Assembly (NCBI GenBank): GCA_050258035.1
Contig: JBLMYA010000092.1
Location: 24,433-88,432, forward strand
Length of the DNA stretch: 64,000 nucleotides
DNA from: Verrucomicrobiota bacterium
GTDB taxonomy: Bacteria > Actinomycetota > Thermoleophilia > Gaiellales > Gaiellaceae
Direction of reading: 5' to 3'
A program made the translations under genes and the position numbers. The notes below the pieces were generated by a model. The model was not told the origin of the DNA. It saw nothing but the letters and a program-made list of their open reading frames with translations, and did not search any database. Shown here piece after piece: positions 28,512 through 37,281 of this stretch; the stretch's first letter is position 1, and every line of letters starts with the position of its first letter.

Positions 28512-29399
28512 CTATCCCCGCTCGACGCGGTCGAGGAAGCCGGCGACCAGCTCGCGGTAGCGCTCCGGCTCCTCGACGAACTGCATGTGCGAGGCGTTCG
28601 CGAAGGTGACGAGCTCGGAGCCTCGGATGCCCTCGTGGAGACGCTGCGCCTGCACCGGAGTGAACTCGTCGTGCGCTCCGGCCGTGATCAGCGTGGGAAC
28701 GTCGATCTCGCCGAGGCGTGCGGTGATGTCCCAGTGCCTCAGCGTCCCGGTGATCACGAACTCGTTCGGGCCCTGCATGGTCAGGTAGACGTCGGGGTGC
28801 TCGCCGACCCCGGCGAAGGTGCGCTGCACGCAGTCGGGGAACGGGTCGATGCGGCAGACGTGCCGCTTGTAGAACTCCATCGTCGCCGCCTCGTACTCGG
28901 GCGAGTCGAGTGTCCCGGCCGCCTCGTGCTGGTCGAGGACGGCCTGGACCTCGTCCGGGAGCTCGCGCCGGAGCCGGCCGGTCTCGGACCCCCACACCGG
29001 GAGGCTCGCGGGCGAGGACGAGAGAACGAGGCTGTCCAGGCCGGCCGGCTCGGTCAGCGCGTACTCCATCGCCAGCATCCCGCCCCAGGAGGAGCCGAAC
29101 AGGTGGACGCGCTCGAGGCCGAGGGCGTCCCGGACCGCCTGCACCTCGCGGACGAAGAGCTCCACCGTCCAGAAGTCGGGCGGCTTCTCGATCCACGAAC
29201 GGCCGCAGCCGATCTGGTCGTAGAAGACCACGCGCCGGCCGGTGGCGGCGAGCTCCCCGAGCGGCTCGAGGTAGTCGTGCAGGGCGCCGGGGCCGCCGTG
29301 CAGGCAGAGGAGCGGCAACTTCCCGGGCTCCTCGCCGTCGCCGACGATCCGGTACCAGGTCTCGCCGCCGGCGAAGGTGATGCGGCCCTCGGTGGTCAC
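28512..29399 (-). CDS. Alpha/beta hydrolase, proline iminopeptidase family
   Basis: 295 aa with LHGGPG and the GSSWGG nucleophile elbow. Confidence 0.75.
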   Translation of the reverse strand: MTTEGRITFAGGETWYRIVGDGEEPGKLPLLCLHGGPGALHDYLEPLGELAATGRRVVFYDQIGCGRSWIEKPPDFWTVELFVREVQAVRDALGLERVHLFGSSWGGMLAMEYALTEPAGLDSLVLSSSPASLPVWGSETGRLRRELPDEVQAVLDQHEAAGTLDSPEYEAATMEFYKRHVCRIDPFPDCVQRTFAGVGEHPDVYLTMQGPNEFVITGTLRHWDITARLGEIDVPTLITAGAHDEFTPVQAQRLHEGIRGSELVTFANASHMQFVEEPERYRELVAGFLDRVERG

Positions 29400-29429
29400 G
29401 CGCGCGGAGTCTACGGCCGGCTGCGCAGC

Positions 29430-30389
29430 TCAGGCGAGGAGCGCGCGCAGCTGATCGGGCGTCATGTTGCCGCCGCTCGCGATCAGGCCGATCTTCCTGC
29501 CGGCGAGGTCGAGCTTCAGCGCCGCCGCGAGCGGGGCGGCCCCGGCGGGCTCGATCAGGTTCCGTGTCCGCTCGAGCATGTGGAGCGTCGCTGCACGGAG
29601 GTCGTCCTCGGAGACGAGGACGAAGTCGTGGAGGTGCTCGCGCAGGATCGCCTGCGGGAGCTCGAAGCCGACCCGCGTCGCCAGCCCCTCGGCCGAGGTG
29701 CGCATCTCGTCCTCGACGAGGGCGCCCTTCTTCCAGGAGCGGTAGGCGGCGGGCGCCGCCTCGGACTGGACGCCGATCACCTGGAGCTCCGGGCGGAGGG
29801 CGTTCGCGACGATGCAGGCGCCGGCGGCGCCGCTGCCGCCGCCGATCGGCACGATCAGGACGTCGAGGTCGGGCTGCCGCTCCAGCGTCTCGAGCGTGTG
29901 GGTGGCGACTCCTGCGATCAGGTGGGGCTCGTTGCCGGAATGGATGTAGCGGTAGCCGTGCTCCTCCGCGAGCGCCTCGCAGTGCTCGCGCGCGTCGTCG
30001 AAGTCGCGGCCGTGCTCGACGACCTCGCCGCCGAGGCCCCGGATCGACCCGATCTTGACCGGGTTCGCGTGTTCGGGGACGCAGACGATCGCGCGCACGC
30101 CGAACAGACGCGACGCGAGGGCGATCGACTGGCCGTGGTTGCCCGTCGAGGCCGTGACCACGCCGCGTCTCCGTTCGTCGTCCGTCAGCCGGGAGACCAG
30201 GTTGACCCCGCCGCGAACCTTGAAGTTGCAGACCGGCTGATGGTTCTCGTGCTTGACCCAGACCTCGGCGCCGACCAGCTCGTCGAGCGGCGGGTATCGG
30301 TTGAGCGCGGTCGGAACGAGGTGGGGAGAGATGCGCTCGCGCGCCGCGAGGACGTCGTCGAAGGTCGGGGTGGACAACGGGACCGGCAC
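29430..30389 (-). CDS. Threonine/serine ammonia-lyase (dehydratase), catalytic domain only
   Basis: 319 aa with NFKVRGG (PLP Lys), STGNHGQ and GGGSGAAG. Confidence 0.85.
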   Translation of the reverse strand: MPVPLSTPTFDDVLAARERISPHLVPTALNRYPPLDELVGAEVWVKHENHQPVCNFKVRGGVNLVSRLTDDERRRGVVTASTGNHGQSIALASRLFGVRAIVCVPEHANPVKIGSIRGLGGEVVEHGRDFDDAREHCEALAEEHGYRYIHSGNEPHLIAGVATHTLETLERQPDLDVLIVPIGGGSGAAGACIVANALRPELQVIGVQSEAAPAAYRSWKKGALVEDEMRTSAEGLATRVGFELPQAILREHLHDFVLVSEDDLRAATLHMLERTRNLIEPAGAAPLAAALKLDLAGRKIGLIASGGNMTPDQLRALLA

Positions 30390-30433
30390 GGATGCACGCT
30401 ACCCGAGGGACGGTCCCGGGAGCTGTCCCCGGT

Positions 30434-31969
30434 TCAGTGGCGGAAGTGGCGGCGGCCGGTGAACACCATCGCCGCGCCGGCCGCCTCGACGGCGGCGACG
30501 ACGTCGGCGTCCCGCTTCGACCCGCCCGGCTGGATGATCGCCGAGACGCCCTGCTCGAGCGCGAGCGCCGGCCCGTCGGCGAACGGGAAGAAGGCGTCCG
30601 AGGCCAGCACGGCGCCCGCCAGGTCGTGGCCGTGCTCCAGAGCCTTCTCGATCGCGATCCGGACCGCGTCCACGCGCGACATCTGGCCGGCCCCGATCCC
30701 GATCGTGCGCAGGCCCCTGGCGATCACGATCGCGTTCGAGGTGACGTGCTTGCAGACGCGCCAGGCGAACAGCAGGTCGTCCCAGTCCGAGTCGCTCGCG
30801 TCCCCGCAGACGACGGTCATCGCGCCGCGGTCCTCGGCGGCGGCGTCGCGCTCCTGGACGAGCAGACCCCCGACCACCCGTCGGTAGTCGCGCTCTCCCG
30901 CCGGCGCGCTCCGGCGCTCGGCCGAGTCGAGGATGCGCAGCGCCTCCTTTGCGCGCAGCACGTCGACTGCGCCCTCCTCGTACCCGGGCGCGAACAGGAC
31001 TTCGACGAACTGCTCCGAGATCCGCTTGGCCAGCTCCACCGAGATCGGGTGGTTGAGCACGACCACGCCCCCGTAGGCGGACAGCGGATCGGAGGCGAGC
31101 GCCCGCTCGTAGGCGTCCGCGATCGACTCAGCGATCGCCGCACCGCATGGGTTCGCGTGCTTGACGATCACGCACGCCGGCTGCGTGAGCTCCTCGACCA
31201 GCTCCCGGGCCGCGGAGAGGTCGTTGAGGTTGTTGTACGAGAGCTCCTTGCCGCCGAGCTGCTCGACGCGGGAGAGCAGGTGGCGGCGCTCGCCGGCCTG
31301 GGCGTAGTAGGCGGCGCGCTGGTGGGGGTTTTCCCCGTATGCGAGCGTTCGCTCCTTCCAGAAGGTCGGGATGAGGCCCTCGGGGAAGGTCTCCCGCTCG
31401 TCGAACCAGGCCGAGATCGCCGACTCGTACGCGGCCGTGACGACGAAGGCCTCGCCGGCGAGCGACCGGCGGGTGTCGAGGGAGAGCTCGCCGTGGTGCC
31501 GAAGCTCCTCGAGGACGCTCGAGTAGCGCTCCGGGCGGGCGACCGCGGCGACGTGGCGGAAGTTCTTCGCGGCAGCGCGGAGCAGGGTCGGCCCGCCGAT
31601 GTCGATCATCTCCACCGCCTCCTCGTCGGTCACGCCCTGCTGCGACGCGACCTCGGTGAACGGGTAGAGGTTGACGACGACCATGTCGATCGGCTCGATC
31701 GCGTGCTCGGCGAGGTCGTCGAGGTCCTCGGGCACGTCGCGCCGGGCCAGGATCCCGCCGTGGACGGCGGGGTGGAGCGTGACGACGCGGTGGCCGAGCA
31801 TCTCGGCGAAGCCGGTCATCGTCTCGACGCGGGTCACGGGCAGGCCGTGCTCCTCCAGGTGCGCGGCGGTGCCGCCGCTGGCCGCGAGCTCCCAGGCGAG
31901 CTCGACCAGCCCGCCGGCGAGCTCCTGCAGTCCGCGCTTGTCATAGACCGAGATCAGCGCGCGGCGCAC
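30434..31969 (-). CDS. purH: Bifunctional AICAR transformylase / IMP cyclohydrolase
   Basis: 511 aa with N-terminus MRRALISVYDKRGL and an AICARFT-type C-terminal domain ending FRH. Confidence 0.95.
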   Translation of the reverse strand: MRRALISVYDKRGLQELAGGLVELAWELAASGGTAAHLEEHGLPVTRVETMTGFAEMLGHRVVTLHPAVHGGILARRDVPEDLDDLAEHAIEPIDMVVVNLYPFTEVASQQGVTDEEAVEMIDIGGPTLLRAAAKNFRHVAAVARPERYSSVLEELRHHGELSLDTRRSLAGEAFVVTAAYESAISAWFDERETFPEGLIPTFWKERTLAYGENPHQRAAYYAQAGERRHLLSRVEQLGGKELSYNNLNDLSAARELVEELTQPACVIVKHANPCGAAIAESIADAYERALASDPLSAYGGVVVLNHPISVELAKRISEQFVEVLFAPGYEEGAVDVLRAKEALRILDSAERRSAPAGERDYRRVVGGLLVQERDAAAEDRGAMTVVCGDASDSDWDDLLFAWRVCKHVTSNAIVIARGLRTIGIGAGQMSRVDAVRIAIEKALEHGHDLAGAVLASDAFFPFADGPALALEQGVSAIIQPGGSKRDADVVAAVEAAGAAMVFTGRRHFRH

Positions 31970-32484
31970 AGCTCTCTCACCACCTCGGGCAGCAGGCGGT
32001 GCTCCACCGAGTGGATCCGCTCGACCAGCGTGTCCAGCGGCTCGACCGGAACCGGCTCCTGGCGCAACACCGGCCCGGTGTCGATCCCCTCGTCGACGAG
32101 ATGGACGGTCACCCCCGTCGTCCGGACGCCCGCTGCGACCGCCTGCTCGATCGCCCGGAGGCCGGGGAAGTCGGGGAGGAGCGACGGGTGGACGTTGACG
32201 ATCCGGCCGGGAAAGCGGGCGAGGAACGCGGGGGTCAGGAGCTGCATGTAGCCGGCGAGGACGACGAGCCGGACGCCGTGCCCTTCCAGCCAGTCGGCCA
32301 TCGCACGGTCGCGGGCCTCCCGGTCGTCTCCGAGCTCGAAGAGCGCGGACGCGATTCCCGCCGCCCGCGCGCGCACCAGGGCGCGCGCTTCCGGGCGGTT
32401 CGAGGCAACAGCCGAGATCGGCAGCCCGCAGTCGATCAGCGCCTGGAGGTTCGTACCCTCTCCCGACGCGAGGACGCCGATCAC
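31954..32484 (-). CDS. purN: Phosphoribosylglycinamide formyltransferase
   Basis: GTG at 32484 overlaps the purM stop (GTGA). Motifs are VIGVLASGEGTNLQALI, NVHPSLLP and HLVDEGIDTGP. 176 aa. Confidence 0.9.
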   Translation of the reverse strand: MIGVLASGEGTNLQALIDCGLPISAVASNRPEARALVRARAAGIASALFELGDDREARDRAMADWLEGHGVRLVVLAGYMQLLTPAFLARFPGRIVNVHPSLLPDFPGLRAIEQAVAAGVRTTGVTVHLVDEGIDTGPVLRQEPVPVEPLDTLVERIHSVEHRLLPEVVRELCAAR

Positions 32485-33380
32485 GCGATCCGGCCGATGA
32501 CGGTCCGGCCCGCCGGCTCCGGAACGACCGCGCAGTAGCCGATCCCGAGGTTGAAGACGCGCCGCAGCTCCTCCTCCCCGGCGTGGCGCCCGAGCCAGGC
32601 GAACACAGCAGGGCGGTCCCACGAGTCCCAGTCGATCTCCGCCCGGAGCCCCTCCGGGAGCACGCGCGAGACGTTCCCCTCGATCCCGCCGCCGGTCACG
32701 TGCGCGAGCGCGCGCACGTCGGCGTCCAGGCGCAGCGCCCGGATCTCGTCGAGGTACAGGCGCGTCGGCGCGAGCAGGTCCTCGCCGTCGTAATCCTCCA
32801 GCTCGAGGACCCGGCGGACGAGCGAGAAGCCGTTCGCGTGCACGCCGGCCGAGGCGAAGCCGACGATCCAGTCGCCGGCCTCGACGCGCGACCCGTCGAC
32901 GAGGTCGCGACGGTCGACCAGGCCGACGCATGCCGCGGCGAAGTCGAGCTCGCCCTCGCGGTAGACGCCGGGCATCTCCGCGGTCTCGCCGCCGACGAGC
33001 GCGCAGCCGGCTGCACGGCACACCTCGGCGGCGCCCTCGACCAGCTCGGCGACCTGCTCGAGGTCGAGCCGGTCGGCCGCGACGTAGTCGAGCAGGAACA
33101 GCGGCTCAGCGCCGGTCGTCGCCACGTCGTTTATGCAGTGTGCGGCCATGTCCGCGCCGCAGTTCCGGAGCAGCCCGCGGCCCCGCGCGACGATCGGCTT
33201 CGTCCCGATCGAGTCCATCGAGGCAGCGAGCAGCCGCTGCTCGTCGAGCGGGTACAGCCCCGCGAAGGCGCCGAACCCTTCCGCGCCTGTCGACTCGACC
33301 GCCGCCCGCAGCCGTTCGACGACCGCCCCCGCGGTCGCGAGCGAGACCCCTGCAGCCCCGTAGGTGGGCTCGTCCTCCAT
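32481..33380 (-). CDS. purM: Phosphoribosylformylglycinamidine cyclo-ligase (AIR synthetase)
   Basis: 299 aa with DSIGTK and GGETAEMPGVY. Somewhat short at the C-terminus relative to E. coli PurM. Confidence 0.9.
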   Translation of the reverse strand: MEDEPTYGAAGVSLATAGAVVERLRAAVESTGAEGFGAFAGLYPLDEQRLLAASMDSIGTKPIVARGRGLLRNCGADMAAHCINDVATTGAEPLFLLDYVAADRLDLEQVAELVEGAAEVCRAAGCALVGGETAEMPGVYREGELDFAAACVGLVDRRDLVDGSRVEAGDWIVGFASAGVHANGFSLVRRVLELEDYDGEDLLAPTRLYLDEIRALRLDADVRALAHVTGGGIEGNVSRVLPEGLRAEIDWDSWDRPAVFAWLGRHAGEEELRRVFNLGIGYCAVVPEPAGRTVIGRIA

Positions 33381-33412
33381 GCCTCCGAGTCTAAGCCCAC
33401 TACGCTCCGGAC

Positions 33413-34123
33413 ATGGACTGGCCCTGGGAGATCGCCGAGCGCGACCACGAGCTCCAGAACCCGACGAGCGCGGAGAAGGTCCTGCTGCTGGGGAGGTACC
33501 TCCGCCTCGACGCGGAGAGCCGTGTGCTCGACGTCGCCTGCGGGAAGGGCGGCCCGGCGGCGATCCTCGCCGCCGCGTACGGCTGCCGGATCACCGGTGT
33601 CGAGATCCGGCCCGAGTTCGCCGCGGCGGCGCGCGAGCGCGTCGCCGCGGCAGGCCTCGACAGGCTCGTCGAGATCCACACCGCCGACGCGACGACGTTC
33701 CCGCTCGAGCCGGAGAGTCTCGACGCCGCGCTCTGCATCGGCGCGGCGTTCGTCTGGGGGACGATCCGCGATGCGGCGTCGGCGCTCCGTCAGGCGGTGC
33801 GGCCCGGCGGCTTCGTCGCGATCGGGGAGCCGTTCTGGCGTGCCTGGCCGCTCCCGGACGGCGCCGCGCCCGACGGGTTCGTCTCGCTGTCCGAGACCGC
33901 CGACCGCCTCGAGCGGGCGGGTTTCGTCCTCACCGGGGTCATCGCCGCCTCGGAGGACGACTGGGACCGGTACGAGAGCCTGCACTGGCGCGCGCTCGAG
34001 GAGTGGCTCGCCGAGCACCCCGATCCCGAGATCCGCGCCGAGCACGAACGGCGGTGCAGCGACTACCTGCGGTACAGACGCTCGCTCCTCGGCTGGGCGA
34101 TCTTCGTCGGTCGCAAGCGCTGA
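33413..34123 (+). CDS. Class I SAM-dependent methyltransferase
   Basis: 236 aa with VLDVACGKGGPAAILA as motif I. Confidence 0.8.
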   Translation: MDWPWEIAERDHELQNPTSAEKVLLLGRYLRLDAESRVLDVACGKGGPAAILAAAYGCRITGVEIRPEFAAAARERVAAAGLDRLVEIHTADATTFPLEPESLDAALCIGAAFVWGTIRDAASALRQAVRPGGFVAIGEPFWRAWPLPDGAAPDGFVSLSETADRLERAGFVLTGVIAASEDDWDRYESLHWRALEEWLAEHPDPEIRAEHERRCSDYLRYRRSLLGWAIFVGRKR

Positions 34124-34141
34124 GGCTCCTACACTCTCCCG

Positions 34142-35035
34142 GTGGGCCCTTCGCCCCTGACCAGCTGGACGTTCGATCCGGCGGCGATGCTCCTGATCGC
34201 GGCGTCGGGCTTCCTCTACTACCGCAGGACGGCCACGCTCGCCTCGCGCGGCACGCCGGTCGAGCTCTGGCGTCGGCTCGTCTTCGGCCTCGGCCTCGTC
34301 CTCTCGTTCACGGCAGTCGCCTCGCCGATCCACGAGCTCGGCGAGCAGCAGTTCTTCTTCGCGCACATGATCCAGCACATCCTGCTCGGCGACCTCGCGC
34401 CGCTGTGCTTCGTCGCCGGGCTGACGGGACCGATCCTGCGGCCGGTGCTCGCCCTCCCGGCGGTGATGCGGCTGCGCTTCCTGACGCTTCCGTACGTCGC
34501 TCTCCCGATCTGGGCGGCGAACCTGCTGCTCTGGCACCTGCCGGTCGCCTACCTGGCGGCGCTCCACCACTCGGGCATGCACGCTGTCCAGCACCTGCTC
34601 TTCTTCACGTGCGGCGCGCTGATGTGGGCGCCGGTGGTCGAGGTGCTCCCGGGGCCCGAGTGGTTCGGGTCGGGGATGAAGCTCGGCTACATCGCGGCGG
34701 TCCGGGCCGTCGAGACGATCCTCGGCAACGTCTTCGTCTGGTCGGGCGGCGTCTTCTACACGGCGTACGAGCACCCGGTGAACCGCTGGGGCATCTCCCC
34801 CCACGCCGACCAGGGCATCGCCGGCGGGGTGATGATGCTCGAGGGCTCGCTCGTCACGCTCGGCGCGCTCGCCTGGCTCTTCCTCCGCTGGGCGCGCGAG
34901 AGCGAGGAGCGGCAGCAGCTGCTCGACGAGGGAGTCGACCGGCGGGCGGCGACACGCGCCGTCCGGTACGGCCGCGGCGGAGAGCTGTCCCGGCGTGGGG
35001 GAACCCCTCGTTCTCCAACGGGCCCTCTCCTCTGA
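34142..35035 (+). CDS. ctaG: Cytochrome c oxidase assembly protein (CtaG / Caa3_CtaG family) membrane protein
   Basis: 297 aa polytopic protein. The WTFDP start, HMIQHILLGDLAPL and HAVQHLLFF motifs are typical of the family. Confidence 0.75.
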   Translation: MGPSPLTSWTFDPAAMLLIAASGFLYYRRTATLASRGTPVELWRRLVFGLGLVLSFTAVASPIHELGEQQFFFAHMIQHILLGDLAPLCFVAGLTGPILRPVLALPAVMRLRFLTLPYVALPIWAANLLLWHLPVAYLAALHHSGMHAVQHLLFFTCGALMWAPVVEVLPGPEWFGSGMKLGYIAAVRAVETILGNVFVWSGGVFYTAYEHPVNRWGISPHADQGIAGGVMMLEGSLVTLGALAWLFLRWARESEERQQLLDEGVDRRAATRAVRYGRGGELSRRGGTPRSPTGPLL

Positions 35036-35075
35036 GCGCTATCCGCCTCGCCGCCGATCATGTTGCGGCAGAAAC

Positions 35076-35495
35076 TTGCGTTCCACCGGCTTCCATCACG
35101 TCGACCTCGTCGTCAGCTCGATACTCCGCAGCCTGCCCTTCTACCGGGAGCTGCTCGAGCCGCTCGGCTGGCACCGCGTCGGCGAGGTGGAGGGCGAGCG
35201 CGGCGAGACGATCTGGTACATCTCGGGCCCCGGCAGCTCGCTCGGCCTGAGGCAGGCGCAGACACCGTCGAGGGAGCCTTTCGACCGCTACCGGGTCGGC
35301 GTCCACCACGTCGCCTTCGAGGCCGCGTCCCGGCACGACGTCGACGAGCGCGCCGACTGGCTGCGCGGCCGCGGCGTCTCGATCGAGAGCGGCCCCGAGG
35401 AGTACTCGTACATGCCCGGGTACTACGCGGTCTTCTTCTACGACCCGGACGGGATCAAGCTCGAGATCGTGCACGTGCCCGGCCACGCGGCCTGA
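35076..35495 (+). CDS. VOC / glyoxalase-family protein
   Basis: In-frame TTG at 35076 avoids overlap with ctaG. Motifs are FHHVDLVV, VHHVAFEA and FFYDPDGIKLEIV. Confidence 0.7.
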   Translation: MRSTGFHHVDLVVSSILRSLPFYRELLEPLGWHRVGEVEGERGETIWYISGPGSSLGLRQAQTPSREPFDRYRVGVHHVAFEAASRHDVDERADWLRGRGVSIESGPEEYSYMPGYYAVFFYDPDGIKLEIVHVPGHAA

Positions 35496-35603
35496 TCCGT
35501 ACGATCGCGCCACCCAGCGCGCAGCGACAGAAAGCCGGCCGCGGCGCGTGTGCTTCTCGCGCGGCCGGCACCCTCGAGCGCAAGCGACAGAAAGGAGCGC
35601 CGC

Positions 35604-35876
35604 ATGTCCACCACGGAGAAGCCCGCCGAGAGCCCGTCGGCCGGAGGAGGAGAGGGAGGGGGGTACCGCTTCCAGCCCGTCGCGGGCGCCCGGATGCCGA
35701 TTCCCGGCAACGCGGAGCTCGCGCTGTTCCTCTTCGTCTGGATCGTCGTCGCGATCATCTGGGCGGCCAGCGACGCGGTCGACGCGAGCGGTTTCGTCAC
35801 CGCGACGGTCGTGTTGACCTTCGGCTACCTGCTCAGCCGCGGGATCGCGAAGGCGAGCAGGGTCCTCGAGCAGTAG
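35604..35876 (+). CDS. Small membrane protein
   Basis: ATG at 35604 preceded by AAAGGAG. 90 aa with two predicted TM helices (ELALFLFVWIVVAIIWAA, FVTATVVLTFGYLL). Confidence 0.6.
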   Translation: MSTTEKPAESPSAGGGEGGGYRFQPVAGARMPIPGNAELALFLFVWIVVAIIWAASDAVDASGFVTATVVLTFGYLLSRGIAKASRVLEQ

Positions 35877-35898
35877 CGGACGACGAGCCGGCGTCGGC

Positions 35899-37281
35899 TC
35901 AGGCCCGCGCCGGCTCGAACCTCAGCTTCGCCAGCCGCCGGTCGGCGGGGATGCGCGTCGGGTAGTCGCCGGTCAGGCACGCGCGGCACAGGGAGGACGC
36001 TGGCCGCGCGGTCGCCGACTCCAGCCCCGCGAGGGAGATGTGGGCGAGGGACGTCGCGCCGATCGACTCGCGTACCTCCTCGACCGACCTGGATGCCGCG
36101 ATCAACTCGTCCTCGTCGGCCAGATCGATGCCGTAGAAGCACGGGCCGATCACCGGCGGAGACGAGATCCGCACGTGCACCTCGGTCGCGCCGGCGTCGA
36201 ACAGCATCGCGACGATCTGGCGCGTCGTGTTCCCGCGCACGATCGAGTCGTCGACGACCACGACGCGCTTGCCTGCCACCTCGGCGAGCGGGTTGAACTT
36301 CAGCCGGATGCCCTGCTGGCGGAGCTCCTGGTCGGGCTGGATGAACGTCCGGCCGACGCAGCGGTTCTTGATCAGCCCTTCGCTGAACGGGATGCCGATC
36401 GCCCGTGCGAACCCGATCGCCGCCGGCGTCCCCGAGTCGGGGATCGGCAGGACGAGGTCGGCCTCGACCGGCGACTCCTCGGCCAGCCGCTCGCCCATCC
36501 GTACCCGCGCGGCATGCACCTCCACGCCGTCGAGCCAGGTGTCCGGGCGCGCGAGGTAGAAGAACTCGAAGATGCACAGCGCGCCCCCGGTCGCGGGCAC
36601 CGCCTGCCGCGCCTCGATCCCTCCCTCGTCGACGACGACCAGCTCGCCGCGGGCGATCTCGCGGTCGAGCTCGGCGCCGAGCAGGTCGAGCGCGCAGGTC
36701 TCGGAGGCGACCACCCAGCCGTCCGAGAGTCGCCCGAGCACGAGCGGGCGGAAGCCGTGCGGGTCGCGGAAGGCCAGGAGCTTGCCCTCGGCGAGCGCGG
36801 TCACCGAGTAGGCGCCCTCCAGCCTGCTCATCGCATGTGCGACCGCGTCCGCGAGCGGCGCCGGGTCGTTCGCGATCAGCGCCGCGATCAGTTCGGTGTC
36901 CGAGCTCGAGCCCAGCTTCACCCCGTCGGCCGAGAGCTCGTCCCGCAGCTCGCCGGCGTTGACGAGGTTGCCGTTGTGCCCCAGAGCGACCGTGCGGTGA
37001 CGGCCGTGCTGGACGATCGGCTGCGCGTTCGCCCACTGCGCCGAGCCCGTCGTCGAGTACCGGGTGTGGCCGATCGCGAGCTGGCCGCGCAGACCTCGGA
37101 GCTTCTGCTCGTCGAAGACCTGCGTGACGAGGCCCATCTCCCTGAGGACGGTCAGGCGGCCGCGGTCGGAGACGGCGATTCCGGCCGACTCCTGGCCGCG
37201 GTGCTGGAGCGCGTGCAGGCCGAAGTGCGCGAGCCGCGCGACGTCGCGGGCGGGCGCGCAGACTCCGAGGACGCCGCACAT
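35899..37281 (-). CDS. purF: Amidophosphoribosyltransferase
   Basis: Track ORF 35899..37293. ATG at 37281 gives the Met-Cys N-terminus (MCGVLGV) expected for the Ntn glutaminase and shares 1 nt with the purL stop (TGATG). PRTase motif VVVVDDSIVRGNT. Confidence 0.95.
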   Translation of the reverse strand: MCGVLGVCAPARDVARLAHFGLHALQHRGQESAGIAVSDRGRLTVLREMGLVTQVFDEQKLRGLRGQLAIGHTRYSTTGSAQWANAQPIVQHGRHRTVALGHNGNLVNAGELRDELSADGVKLGSSSDTELIAALIANDPAPLADAVAHAMSRLEGAYSVTALAEGKLLAFRDPHGFRPLVLGRLSDGWVVASETCALDLLGAELDREIARGELVVVDEGGIEARQAVPATGGALCIFEFFYLARPDTWLDGVEVHAARVRMGERLAEESPVEADLVLPIPDSGTPAAIGFARAIGIPFSEGLIKNRCVGRTFIQPDQELRQQGIRLKFNPLAEVAGKRVVVVDDSIVRGNTTRQIVAMLFDAGATEVHVRISSPPVIGPCFYGIDLADEDELIAASRSVEEVRESIGATSLAHISLAGLESATARPASSLCRACLTGDYPTRIPADRRLAKLRFEPARA

